Virus record (IMG/VR): IMGVR_UViG_3300037193_002766
Span: 1 to 60,911 of that record
Strand: one strand, 5' to 3'
Source: a virus
DNA length: 60,911 bases
Within the stretch, counting starts at the first letter, position 1. Each line of letters opens with the position of its first letter. This document shows, one piece after another, positions 24,779 through 32,124 of the stretch. Under the pieces are notes generated by a model that saw nothing but the letters and a program-made list of their open reading frames with translations, was not told the DNA's origin and searched no databases. The position numbers were made by a program, and so were the translations under genes.

Positions 24779-25201
24779 ATGAAGTTCACCCCGACGCGCC
24801 CCGACGCGCTCATCGTGACGCGCGGCTTCCTGCACCCGCTCCCGGACGGACTCCCGCCCGTCGACCTGGTCCTCGACCTGCGCCGGATCCTCGCCGACCC
24901 GGCGCACCGACCCGAGGGCGACATGCTCGACATGAACGGCCTGCAGCGCGAGGTGCGCGACTTCGTGCTCGCCACACCCGGTGCCGAGGCGCTGCTCGCG
25001 GGCGCAGTGCCGCTGCTGTCCGCAGTGGCCACGGCGAGGTTCGTCGTGGTGATGGTCGGCTGCTCCGGCGGGAAGCACCGCGCGCCGGCGATCGGCGCCG
25101 AGCTCGGCGCGCGTCTGCGGGCTGAGGGGCTGGTGGTGCCGGTGCGTCATCTGCACGTGCACCTGCCGCGCGTCGTCCGGCCGACGGAGCTCGCCGCCTG
25201 A
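24779..25201 (+). CDS. RapZ C-terminal-domain-like protein
   Basis: 140 aa from ATG 24779. VVVMVGCSGGKHRAPAIGAELGARL resembles the RapZ C-terminal IGCTGGxHRS motif. No P-loop domain. Confidence 0.45.
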   Translation: MKFTPTRPDALIVTRGFLHPLPDGLPPVDLVLDLRRILADPAHRPEGDMLDMNGLQREVRDFVLATPGAEALLAGAVPLLSAVATARFVVVMVGCSGGKHRAPAIGAELGARLRAEGLVVPVRHLHVHLPRVVRPTELAA

Positions 25202-25261
25202 GGGGGCATTCCTGGCGAGGTGTGCTTACGATGCCTGCACCCGTCAGCACTGGAGGTCGAC

Positions 25262-25477
25262 ATGCTCGTCGTGCGTGACCGCAGCCGCAACGGCAAAGCC
25301 GTCTCCTGGGGCACAGACCACGTCCGGATGCGCGAGATCGAGGCACTGGACCGCAACTTCGAGGCTGTCCCGGACTTCGGTGCCGCTCGCTACTACTGCC
25401 ACGTCAAGCGGCAGGGCCTTGCCTGGGAGCACCCGTACGACAGGGACGCCCGCCTGTACGCCGAGATCAAGCCCTGA
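25262..25477 (+). CDS. Hypothetical protein
   Basis: 71 aa from ATG 25262, preceded by GGAGG. Confidence 0.55.
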   Translation: MLVVRDRSRNGKAVSWGTDHVRMREIEALDRNFEAVPDFGAARYYCHVKRQGLAWEHPYDRDARLYAEIKP

Positions 25478-25707
25478 TGCCCGCGCTGGTGCGCCTCGAC
25501 CGGGACGACCTCGACGCCCTGGCCGCATGGCTCCGCACCCAGATCGACGACGACAAGGCCGGCCGCGCGCACGCCGCGATGCTCCAGGCGATCACACCGC
25601 ATCTGCACCAGCACTCGACCGCCGGCCAGCTCGCACGCCACACGCTCATGCAGCTCGGCTCGATCTACGACGACCAGCCCGGCTACCGCGAAGAGTGGCG
25701 GCCCTGA
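25477..25707 (+). CDS. DUF6221-like protein (short paralog of 38929-39372)
   Basis: 76 aa. C-terminal DDQPGYREEWRP matches ADRPGYRAEWRP in the other copy. Confidence 0.6.
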   Translation: MPALVRLDRDDLDALAAWLRTQIDDDKAGRAHAAMLQAITPHLHQHSTAGQLARHTLMQLGSIYDDQPGYREEWRP

Positions 25708-25756
25708 CAACGACAGCGGCCCCCGAACCGAGCTGGTTCGGGGGCCGCTGTCGTTG
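25708..25756. terminator. Bidirectional terminator hairpin (22-bp perfect stem, 5-nt loop)
   Basis: caacgacagcggcccccgaacc-gagct-ggttcgggggccgctgtcgttg, between convergent genes. Confidence 0.8.
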
Positions 25757-25757
25757 T

Positions 25758-26420
25758 TCAGGTCAGCGGGGGTATCGGCTCGACGTCGTTGCAGTACAGC
25801 TCCCAAGCCTCCACGATCCGGCTGGCCGTCCATCCCTGCCTGGCCGCATATTCCAGCAGCGTGGTGATGCCAGCCAGCGCCGCGTCACGCGCAGGTCGGT
25901 AGGCATCCACCAGTTGGTCAGTGGGCAGGCCAGTGACGGCCAAGGCCTGCTCGGCAATGGTGCCGATGGCGTGGTCGATCTGCTCGGCGACCTCGCACGG
26001 CTCCGGCAGCGTTCCGGCCCACTCGACGCCGTGCTGGTCGCCCAGCTCGGACAGCAGCTCACGCACCTGATCCTCGTCGGGCGGCGCCATCGGCGCGAAC
26101 CACAGCTCTACCTGGAACTCGCCGGGCGGCACCACGAGCAACTTGATGCTGTAGCTCGGGAGGTGCTCCTCGTCTAGGTGCTCATGGCAGGCCCAGTCCA
26201 GTACGCGCGGGTCCGGTGTCGGTTCCGTCAGCGCCAGGGGTGCGTCCTCGTCGAACTCACCGTCGGGCCGGGGTTCGGGTGGCAGAGCGTCCAGAGCCGC
26301 CTGTGTGGGCCGGTTCAACGCGGCGGACAGGGCATGGATGTCATGGAATCCGCGGACGATGGGAGCGCGCAGTTTGGGGCGTGCGATTTCCCAGAGGTGA
26401 AGCCTTGGATGGCTGGGCAC
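25758..26420 (-). CDS. Hypothetical protein
   Basis: 220 aa, GTG start preceded by GAAGGGA. Confidence 0.6.
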   Translation of the reverse strand: MPSHPRLHLWEIARPKLRAPIVRGFHDIHALSAALNRPTQAALDALPPEPRPDGEFDEDAPLALTEPTPDPRVLDWACHEHLDEEHLPSYSIKLLVVPPGEFQVELWFAPMAPPDEDQVRELLSELGDQHGVEWAGTLPEPCEVAEQIDHAIGTIAEQALAVTGLPTDQLVDAYRPARDAALAGITTLLEYAARQGWTASRIVEAWELYCNDVEPIPPLT

Positions 26421-26506
26421 TCGTGATCCCTTCGGGTTGAGGTCTGTCCTTTGGTACCGCGCACGCGGTTGTTGTGCGCACGACCCGCATGGATGTCCTG
26501 TATCTG

Positions 26507-26701
26507 TCAGGTTTCTGCCGTGGTCGTGTCAGAAACCGCAGAGGCGTTGAGGCCGAGCATGTCGAGCAGCCGTGCGCAGTCCTCAACGTCGATCGCGTTG
26601 CCCGCCACCGTGAGCGCGGCAGGCCTGCACAACTCGGCCCGGATCTGCGGCATGACCGCGGGCACCGAGTGCGCGTGGTCGAACGCTTCCTCGTGCGGCA
26701 C
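26507..26701 (-). CDS. Hypothetical small protein
   Basis: 64 aa, abuts the ruvC-like stop. Confidence 0.5.
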   Translation of the reverse strand: MPHEEAFDHAHSVPAVMPQIRAELCRPAALTVAGNAIDVEDCARLLDMLGLNASAVSDTTTAET

Positions 26702-27256
26702 CTACACCACCGCGTCCAGCTCAGCGCGCAACCCGTCCACGACCGCAGTCCGGTACGAGTAGAGCGGGAACGGGCACGGACCGTAGAGCAGCTGCATCCC
26801 GATGCCCGCGAGAGCGAGCGCGTCGGCGGTGTCGTTCTTGATGCCCTCCACCGCCGGCCACATGCGCGCGGCCGCGAGTATCATGTCGTCCTTGTCGGCG
26901 TTGCCCTTGCCGGTCGCCCACTTCTTCGCCGACGCCGGCGGCACGACGAGGATCGGAGCCGGGTAGTGCTCGATCGCGTCGTAGACCTTGCCCCAGAACC
27001 ACGAGCGGTCGTGAGACGCCGGCGACTTCGAGTTGAACGACGGACCCTCCAGCACGACCAGGTTCGCGGGCAGCACGTGCTCAGTGATCGCATGGGCGAG
27101 GTCGCGGAGCCGCTTCGAGCGCATCGGCCACGTGTCGGTCAGCTTTCCGACGGACTGCACGCGATGGATGTCGGTGACGACGCTGGTGTCGATCCAGGTG
27201 ATGCGGGAAATGCCGGTGCTGGTGAGCGAAAGATCCAGCCCAATCACTGTGGTCAC
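26702..27256 (-). CDS. ruvC: RuvC-like Holliday junction resolvase
   Basis: GTG at 27256 (VTTVIGLDLSLTSTG...). Has the catalytic-type D near the N terminus, LEGPSF and NDTADALALA motifs. GTGA overlap with the HNH stop. Confidence 0.8.
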   Translation of the reverse strand: MTTVIGLDLSLTSTGISRITWIDTSVVTDIHRVQSVGKLTDTWPMRSKRLRDLAHAITEHVLPANLVVLEGPSFNSKSPASHDRSWFWGKVYDAIEHYPAPILVVPPASAKKWATGKGNADKDDMILAAARMWPAVEGIKNDTADALALAGIGMQLLYGPCPFPLYSYRTAVVDGLRAELDAVV

Positions 27257-27771
27257 TGTGCTGCTCCCTTCCTCTGGCGGTAACGCCGTGTGGCCTCGGC
27301 GGCACGGGCCTTCTGCTCCGGCGACTTCTCCCTCCCCTTCTCTCGATCGCACGCTCGACATCTCCGTGCGCCGCTGGGTCGGATGTGCGTGTTGGTCTCG
27401 TCGTAGGGGTGGTTCCGTGGGCAGTGCGTGATGGATCGCTGGCGGTTGCCGTTGACTTGGCCGACGATCCCTCGCAACGCGTTCTCGGAGGGCGTGACCT
27501 CCTCAAGGTGGCGCGGGTTCACGCACGCGGGCGTCCGGCATAGGTGGTCGGTGTGCATGCCATTCTCGGGCAAGCGGCCGTGCTCGAGCAGGAAGGCCAC
27601 GCGATGCGCGTTGACCATCCCGCCTGCTCGCCCACCCAGGCTGAACCTGCCGTAGCCGTTGTGGTCACGCTTCGCGATCCACAGCCAGCAGTCGTTTTCG
27701 TCGACCTTCTTCACCTTGGGCCAGAACCGTGTGGCGATCTTCGCCAGGTCCAGCCCGATGACAGTGGTCAC
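27253..27771 (-). CDS. HNH endonuclease
   Basis: 172 aa. NAHRVAFLLEHGRLPENGMHTDHLCRTPACVNPRHLE. The first nine residues duplicate the RuvC N terminus. Confidence 0.85.
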   Translation of the reverse strand: MTTVIGLDLAKIATRFWPKVKKVDENDCWLWIAKRDHNGYGRFSLGGRAGGMVNAHRVAFLLEHGRLPENGMHTDHLCRTPACVNPRHLEEVTPSENALRGIVGQVNGNRQRSITHCPRNHPYDETNTHIRPSGARRCRACDREKGREKSPEQKARAAEATRRYRQRKGAAQ

Positions 27772-28217
27772 GCCTTCACCTTCCGCAGCTCGGCGAGCAG
27801 GTCGTCCAGCTCGCCCGGCGTGATCAGGACGTCGCGTGCTCGTGCACCGTCCGCCGGGCCGACCACACCAAGTTCGTGGAGCCGGTCGAGGATGCGGTGG
27901 CTTTCCGCGAACTTGACGCCCAGCCTGCGCTGCAGGAACGACGCTGATCCGAACTGGGCGCCGACGACAAGTTCGGCGGCCTGGATGATCTGTTCGTTGG
28001 TGGGCATGGGAGGTTCCTCCTCGAGGAGGCCGCGGCGGAGTGCCTCGGCGACGGTGTGGGTGATGTGGCGGGTGCCGAGCGCGCGGGCAGCGTGCTGGCA
28101 GCGGTGCTTGGCGGCGTTCTCGCTGATGCCGAGCTGCTCTCCGGATGTGCGGTAGGTGTGGCCGTCGGCGTAGAGGCGGAGCACCGCGACCTGCTCGGCG
28201 GTCAGCACGGGCCTCAC
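27768..28217 (-). CDS. Fusion of LuxR-type HTH and FtsK-gamma-like winged helix
   Basis: 149 aa from GTG 28217. LTAEQVAVLRLYADGHTYRTSGEQLGISENAAKHR, followed by AAELVVGAQFGSASFLQRRLGVKFAESHRILDRLHELGVVGPADGARARDVL. Confidence 0.7.
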   Translation of the reverse strand: MRPVLTAEQVAVLRLYADGHTYRTSGEQLGISENAAKHRCQHAARALGTRHITHTVAEALRRGLLEEEPPMPTNEQIIQAAELVVGAQFGSASFLQRRLGVKFAESHRILDRLHELGVVGPADGARARDVLITPGELDDLLAELRKVKA

Positions 28218-28543
28218 GACGTGGCCTCGGCGTACGTGTGGCGCGCGGGCTCGATGCCAGTGGCGTCGATCAAGCACACGTTCTGCTCGACGTTCCACAG
28301 CGACGCAGGGAACCCGCACCAGCCGTCGTACGTGTGCTCCTGCAGAAACTCGCCGGCTGCACGTGCGATCGGCAGGTGTTCGGTGCACGTGGCGAGAGCG
28401 ACCGCGCCGTAGGCGGGGTCGTACGTGCGCAGGTGCATCGTGGCGGGCTTTCCGCACTGAGGCTCGCCTGGGCGCAGGCTGTAGACGCAAACGGCTCGGT
28501 GCTCGGTGCTTTCGCCGCCGACGCGGGGAAGTTCGTCGTTCAC
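28214..28543 (-). CDS. Hypothetical protein
   Basis: 109 aa, GTGA coupling at both ends. Confidence 0.6.
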   Translation of the reverse strand: MNDELPRVGGESTEHRAVCVYSLRPGEPQCGKPATMHLRTYDPAYGAVALATCTEHLPIARAAGEFLQEHTYDGWCGFPASLWNVEQNVCLIDATGIEPARHTYAEATS

Positions 28544-28680
28544 GGCTCGTGCCTTTCGATCTCGGAGTTCGCGTACAGCTCGGTCAGTACCAAGTCGGGT
28601 TCCTCGCCTGCCTGTGCACGCTGCAGCGCGTCACGAAGCTGGCTGTCCGAGATGACGAACCATCCTTCTGGCGCGGTCAT
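28540..28680 (-). CDS. Hypothetical 46-aa protein
   Basis: ATG 28680 (MTAPEGWFVISDSQL...) with ATGA/GTGA coupling. Confidence 0.5.
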   Translation of the reverse strand: MTAPEGWFVISDSQLRDALQRAQAGEEPDLVLTELYANSEIERHEP

Positions 28681-28886
28681 GTGGTGCCGTCCGGGTGGCT
28701 GTCGTAGTGCTTGCCTCCGCCGTCGCACCACGGGTGTTGCTGGCCGGGCTGGGTCTTCTTCTTGGTGCGGTGCTTGGCGCGCAGCGCGGTGGCCTTGTTG
28801 ACGACGATGTTCGGCCGCTGGCAGTGGTTGCAGGTGACGCTGCCCGGCGTGGCCGCACGCACCGCCGTCCAGTTGATCGTCTTCAC
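28677..28886 (-). CDS. Hypothetical small basic Cys-containing protein
   Basis: GTG 28886 overlaps the upstream stop. Contains CNHC...C. Confidence 0.5.
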   Translation of the reverse strand: MKTINWTAVRAATPGSVTCNHCQRPNIVVNKATALRAKHRTKKKTQPGQQHPWCDGGGKHYDSHPDGTT

Positions 28887-29137
28887 CGCACCACCGCCGG
28901 GTCGAGTTCGGCGAGCGTGAGCCAACCGCGGCGCAGGCACTCAACGACGGTGTGCGCCGTCGTGTGGGTGTCGAGCACTAGGCCGATGCGATAGAAGCGC
29001 ATGTTGATGGCGCTGGTGCTGACGCCAAACAAGTCGGCGATTTTCTCGTGGCTGGCACCGGTGGCGGCGAGCTTGATGGTGCGCAGCTCGACCGCAGTGA
29101 GCTCGGTTCCGGGCTGCACGTTACGAAGTCGGGCCAT
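28883..29137 (-). CDS. LuxR-type HTH regulator
   Basis: 84 aa. LTAVELRTIKLAATGASHEKIADLFGVSTSAINMRF. Confidence 0.7.
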   Translation of the reverse strand: MARLRNVQPGTELTAVELRTIKLAATGASHEKIADLFGVSTSAINMRFYRIGLVLDTHTTAHTVVECLRRGWLTLAELDPAVVR

Positions 29138-29435
29138 CGTCGGCTTCTCCTTCCCGCGTCAGGTGGTCGCGGAGGTCGAGCAGCCGCAAAGCCGTGTCGC
29201 GGTCGCTGCTCTTGGCCAGCTCCATCAGCACTGCGGATACGACGTTCCGCGCGACTGGGCGGGCGTCGGCGATGACGGGGATCGCGTACCGCTTCGGCAG
29301 ATTGACGTCCTCGGCGCACTGGGCGTCGGTGTGCTCAACGACGTCCCACTTGGCGACCATCTCGTTGTCGCTGTCGGGTTCGAGTGGCAGCGCCTGGAGG
29401 GCGGCGTTGACGAGCAGCTCGTGCAGCTCAGCCAC
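29121..29435 (-). CDS. Hypothetical protein
   Basis: 104 aa, GTG start. Confidence 0.55.
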   Translation of the reverse strand: MAELHELLVNAALQALPLEPDSDNEMVAKWDVVEHTDAQCAEDVNLPKRYAIPVIADARPVARNVVSAVLMELAKSSDRDTALRLLDLRDHLTREGEADDGPTS

Positions 29436-30216
29436 GGCGGACCTCCAGCACCTCGGCGAGCGGGCCGCGCTTGCGCACCAACGTCCACCACGTGATCGGC
29501 AGCCGGTCCTTCGCTTTCCACAGGCCGTCGGCGTTGCGGGTCCACAGAAGCCCGGCGGCGTCGGTCACCTGTGTGCAGTCGTCCGGTTCGGTCTCGCAGT
29601 CTGCGAGGTCCCACACGCGGGGCTGCCGGATCGGTGGTGCCGCGCGCAACTCGGCCAGCTCGGCGTCCTGCTCGCGGATCCTCCGCGCCATCGCGTCGAC
29701 CTGCATCTGCATCGACCGGAACCCGGCCCTCAGCAGCGCCACTGACAGCGACGCATCCGCCAGCGGCACGTCGCCAGCGAGCTTGTCGGCCTGCCACACC
29801 AACACCTCGGCCGCTGCCTTCGCGACGTAGCCAGCCCGGAGGTTGTCGCCCTGGACGTCGTCGCGGCCGAGCGGGTGGGTGCGCAGGAACGGCAGCAGCG
29901 CGTCCAGCACGCGGTCGCAGTCCTCGGAGCGGTACTGGAGCCGATGCCGCACCATGTCGACGACGTCCAGCAGGGTCGGTGGGCTGTCATCGTCGTACTC
30001 GGCTGCGACCAGTTCGAACAACTGCTCACGCGCCGCGCTGTGGTCGGTGCCGCACTGGCGGGCCAGGTCCAGGAGGCACGCGAGGTCCATCCACGACAGC
30101 GGCTGGTCGGCGACCCGGTAGGTCCGCTCGGTGTCGGCGGCGTCGACCACGGCCTTCAACCGTGCGACTGCCTGCTCGACCGCGGACTCGGCCCAGTGCA
30201 CTCGCATCGTCTTCAT
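29428..30216 (-). CDS. Hypothetical protein
   Basis: 262 aa from ATG 30216 (MKTMRVHW...), ATGA coupling. Confidence 0.6.
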   Translation of the reverse strand: MKTMRVHWAESAVEQAVARLKAVVDAADTERTYRVADQPLSWMDLACLLDLARQCGTDHSAAREQLFELVAAEYDDDSPPTLLDVVDMVRHRLQYRSEDCDRVLDALLPFLRTHPLGRDDVQGDNLRAGYVAKAAAEVLVWQADKLAGDVPLADASLSVALLRAGFRSMQMQVDAMARRIREQDAELAELRAAPPIRQPRVWDLADCETEPDDCTQVTDAAGLLWTRNADGLWKAKDRLPITWWTLVRKRGPLAEVLEVRRG

Positions 30217-30659
30217 CGAACGAGGCCCTTCCGGAAGTCGAGCGGGACGTCGAGGTCCCACAGGTATTCGTGGCCGCGCGCGGGGAACGGCTTCGCCAGC
30301 ACGCGCGGGTTGGCCAGTTGCCAGTGCGTGGACCTCGGCCGTGCCCACGGCCCGCAGTCGCACACCACGGTCGCCTCGTGACGGCTCGCGGTGCACACAC
30401 CGGTCACGTCGACCACAGCGAGCACCAGACCGGTGTCAGTCAGTGGGTCGTCGCGCATCGATTCCGGGACCGTGAAGCCCTGCGATTGCGCAAGGTGGAC
30501 GACCTGGCGCAACGCATCTTCTCCGGCGTCGTCCCACTTCTTGCCGGCGTGGATGCCAAGTGGACCGCGGTGGTTCGTGATGCGCGACCGGTTCTCGATG
30601 TTCTTCCACCCGTGCGCGATCGCCGATGCGTTCGGCTGCCGGACAGTCAACATCTTCAT
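30213..30659 (-). CDS. ASCH-domain protein
   Basis: 148 aa from ATG 30659 (MKMLTVRQPNASAIAHGWKNIENR...). Confidence 0.7.
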   Translation of the reverse strand: MKMLTVRQPNASAIAHGWKNIENRSRITNHRGPLGIHAGKKWDDAGEDALRQVVHLAQSQGFTVPESMRDDPLTDTGLVLAVVDVTGVCTASRHEATVVCDCGPWARPRSTHWQLANPRVLAKPFPARGHEYLWDLDVPLDFRKGLVR

Positions 30660-31519
30660 GCGGGCACCTCGACGCTGTAGGTCCTGGCCATCGCGGGCAA
30701 CACGGCGCACTCCGATGCCCGCACGAGCACCTCGACCTGACCCTCGTACTCGCCCGCCCACGAACCAGCCGTCACCGTGCACGCCCCGCACACGACGAGA
30801 TCCGAGGCCGCGAAACACTCGCCGGACTTGGTGTCGTGGCCGCAGTCGCCCTCACAACACCAGGCAGGCAGGAACACCTGCGGACGGTGCTCGGACGCGA
30901 CGGCGAGCAGCTGCACGAACCGCTCCGCAGGCCCTTCGTCTTCCAGGTCCCGCAGGAGCTTGCGGCAGATTTCGAGGTACAGCAGCGGGTTCGGCAGCTC
31001 CCGCACCAACGTGTCGTGCTGCGCGGCCGACGCCGGGTGTAGTGCGACGAGCTCGCGGTGCGTGTTGCCGGTGGCGATCGCGACAGTCCACGCGCAGTAG
31101 GCGCAGGCGCCGTGCGTGTCGAGGTGCTCGTTGCCGCGCTCGAACACACCCCACTTCGGGAAAACCTTGACCGCGGCACCGCACTCGGCCTCGACGGTCC
31201 GGAGTTCGCCCATGGTGGAGTCAGCGACACTCGGCCGGATCGCGTGCAGGCCGCGTCCGTCGTTACCGCCGATCGCCCACGCCTCGGAGGCGGGGCCTGC
31301 GGCGAGGACCTCGGTGGGCCACCAGGTGGAGGTGGTGACGGTGCGGCTCATCAGCTGGCCGGCGCGCGTGGTTCTGGCGAGGCCTTCGCGGAGGAGGTGC
31401 TGGGCGCGGACGCGGGGCCAGGGGCCGGAGTAGAACTCGGTGCCGTCTTCGGCGCGCCAGTGGACGCCGAACTCTTCGCGCTCGGTGGCGTTGTTCGGCT
31501 CGACGTGTGGCTCAGGCAT
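30656..31519 (-). CDS. Hypothetical Cys-rich protein
   Basis: 287 aa from ATG 31519. CAYCAW and AWCCEGDCGHDTKSGEC...CGAC clusters. Confidence 0.6.
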   Translation of the reverse strand: MPEPHVEPNNATEREEFGVHWRAEDGTEFYSGPWPRVRAQHLLREGLARTTRAGQLMSRTVTTSTWWPTEVLAAGPASEAWAIGGNDGRGLHAIRPSVADSTMGELRTVEAECGAAVKVFPKWGVFERGNEHLDTHGACAYCAWTVAIATGNTHRELVALHPASAAQHDTLVRELPNPLLYLEICRKLLRDLEDEGPAERFVQLLAVASEHRPQVFLPAWCCEGDCGHDTKSGECFAASDLVVCGACTVTAGSWAGEYEGQVEVLVRASECAVLPAMARTYSVEVPA

Positions 31520-31859
31520 CGCTGGCCTCGACCGCCGTGAAGAACTCCTCGATCGAGCCCTTGTACAGCTCGTTCGCCCGCTCGCCGAGGTCGTCGGGGC
31601 AGACGAACCGGCCGACGACCTTGTTGTGTGCGGGCATGTAGCCGTCGTCGTCGCAGTTGTCGACGAGGGCGTCGACATCAGCCTCGGACATCAGCGTGTC
31701 GTCGAGGGTGTAGTCCAGCCCGATCTTGGAGCGTTTGGCGGCGGCGCTGAGCAGTCGCCGGAGCTTCGTGATCTGTTCTTCGTTGCCGTCGACCTGGAGG
31801 TAGAAGCGCCAGGTCTCGCCTTCCCACTCGTTGCGTTCGGTGAGCTTGATGAACTGCAT
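31512..31859 (-). CDS. Hypothetical protein
   Basis: 115 aa from ATG 31859, preceded by GGAGGA. Confidence 0.6.
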   Translation of the reverse strand: MQFIKLTERNEWEGETWRFYLQVDGNEEQITKLRRLLSAAAKRSKIGLDYTLDDTLMSEADVDALVDNCDDDGYMPAHNKVVGRFVCPDDLGERANELYKGSIEEFFTAVEASDA

Positions 31860-31884
31860 GGTGTCCTCCGTGGACGGTTGACGG

Positions 31885-32124
31885 CTAGAAAGGGAACTCG
31901 TCGTCGAACGGCCCCGTGTACGCGGGCTCCAGCCGGTCGGGCGCGTCCCACATCTCGTACTCGTCGACCACACGCTCGAAGCAGTCGACGCAGTCACAGT
32001 GCGGATGGTGCGAGCAGGATGAGCAGCCGGAGTCGTTGCACAGAAAGCAGTCGGGCTCTTCCTTGACCGGGCCGAGGTTGTCGTCCCAGCCGTCGAACGG
32101 GTCATCGCTGTACTTGCCGGTCAC
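31885..32124 (-). CDS. Small Cys-rich protein
   Basis: 79 aa. CFLCNDSGCSSCSHHPHCDCVDC. Confidence 0.6.
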   Translation of the reverse strand: MTGKYSDDPFDGWDDNLGPVKEEPDCFLCNDSGCSSCSHHPHCDCVDCFERVVDEYEMWDAPDRLEPAYTGPFDDEFPF

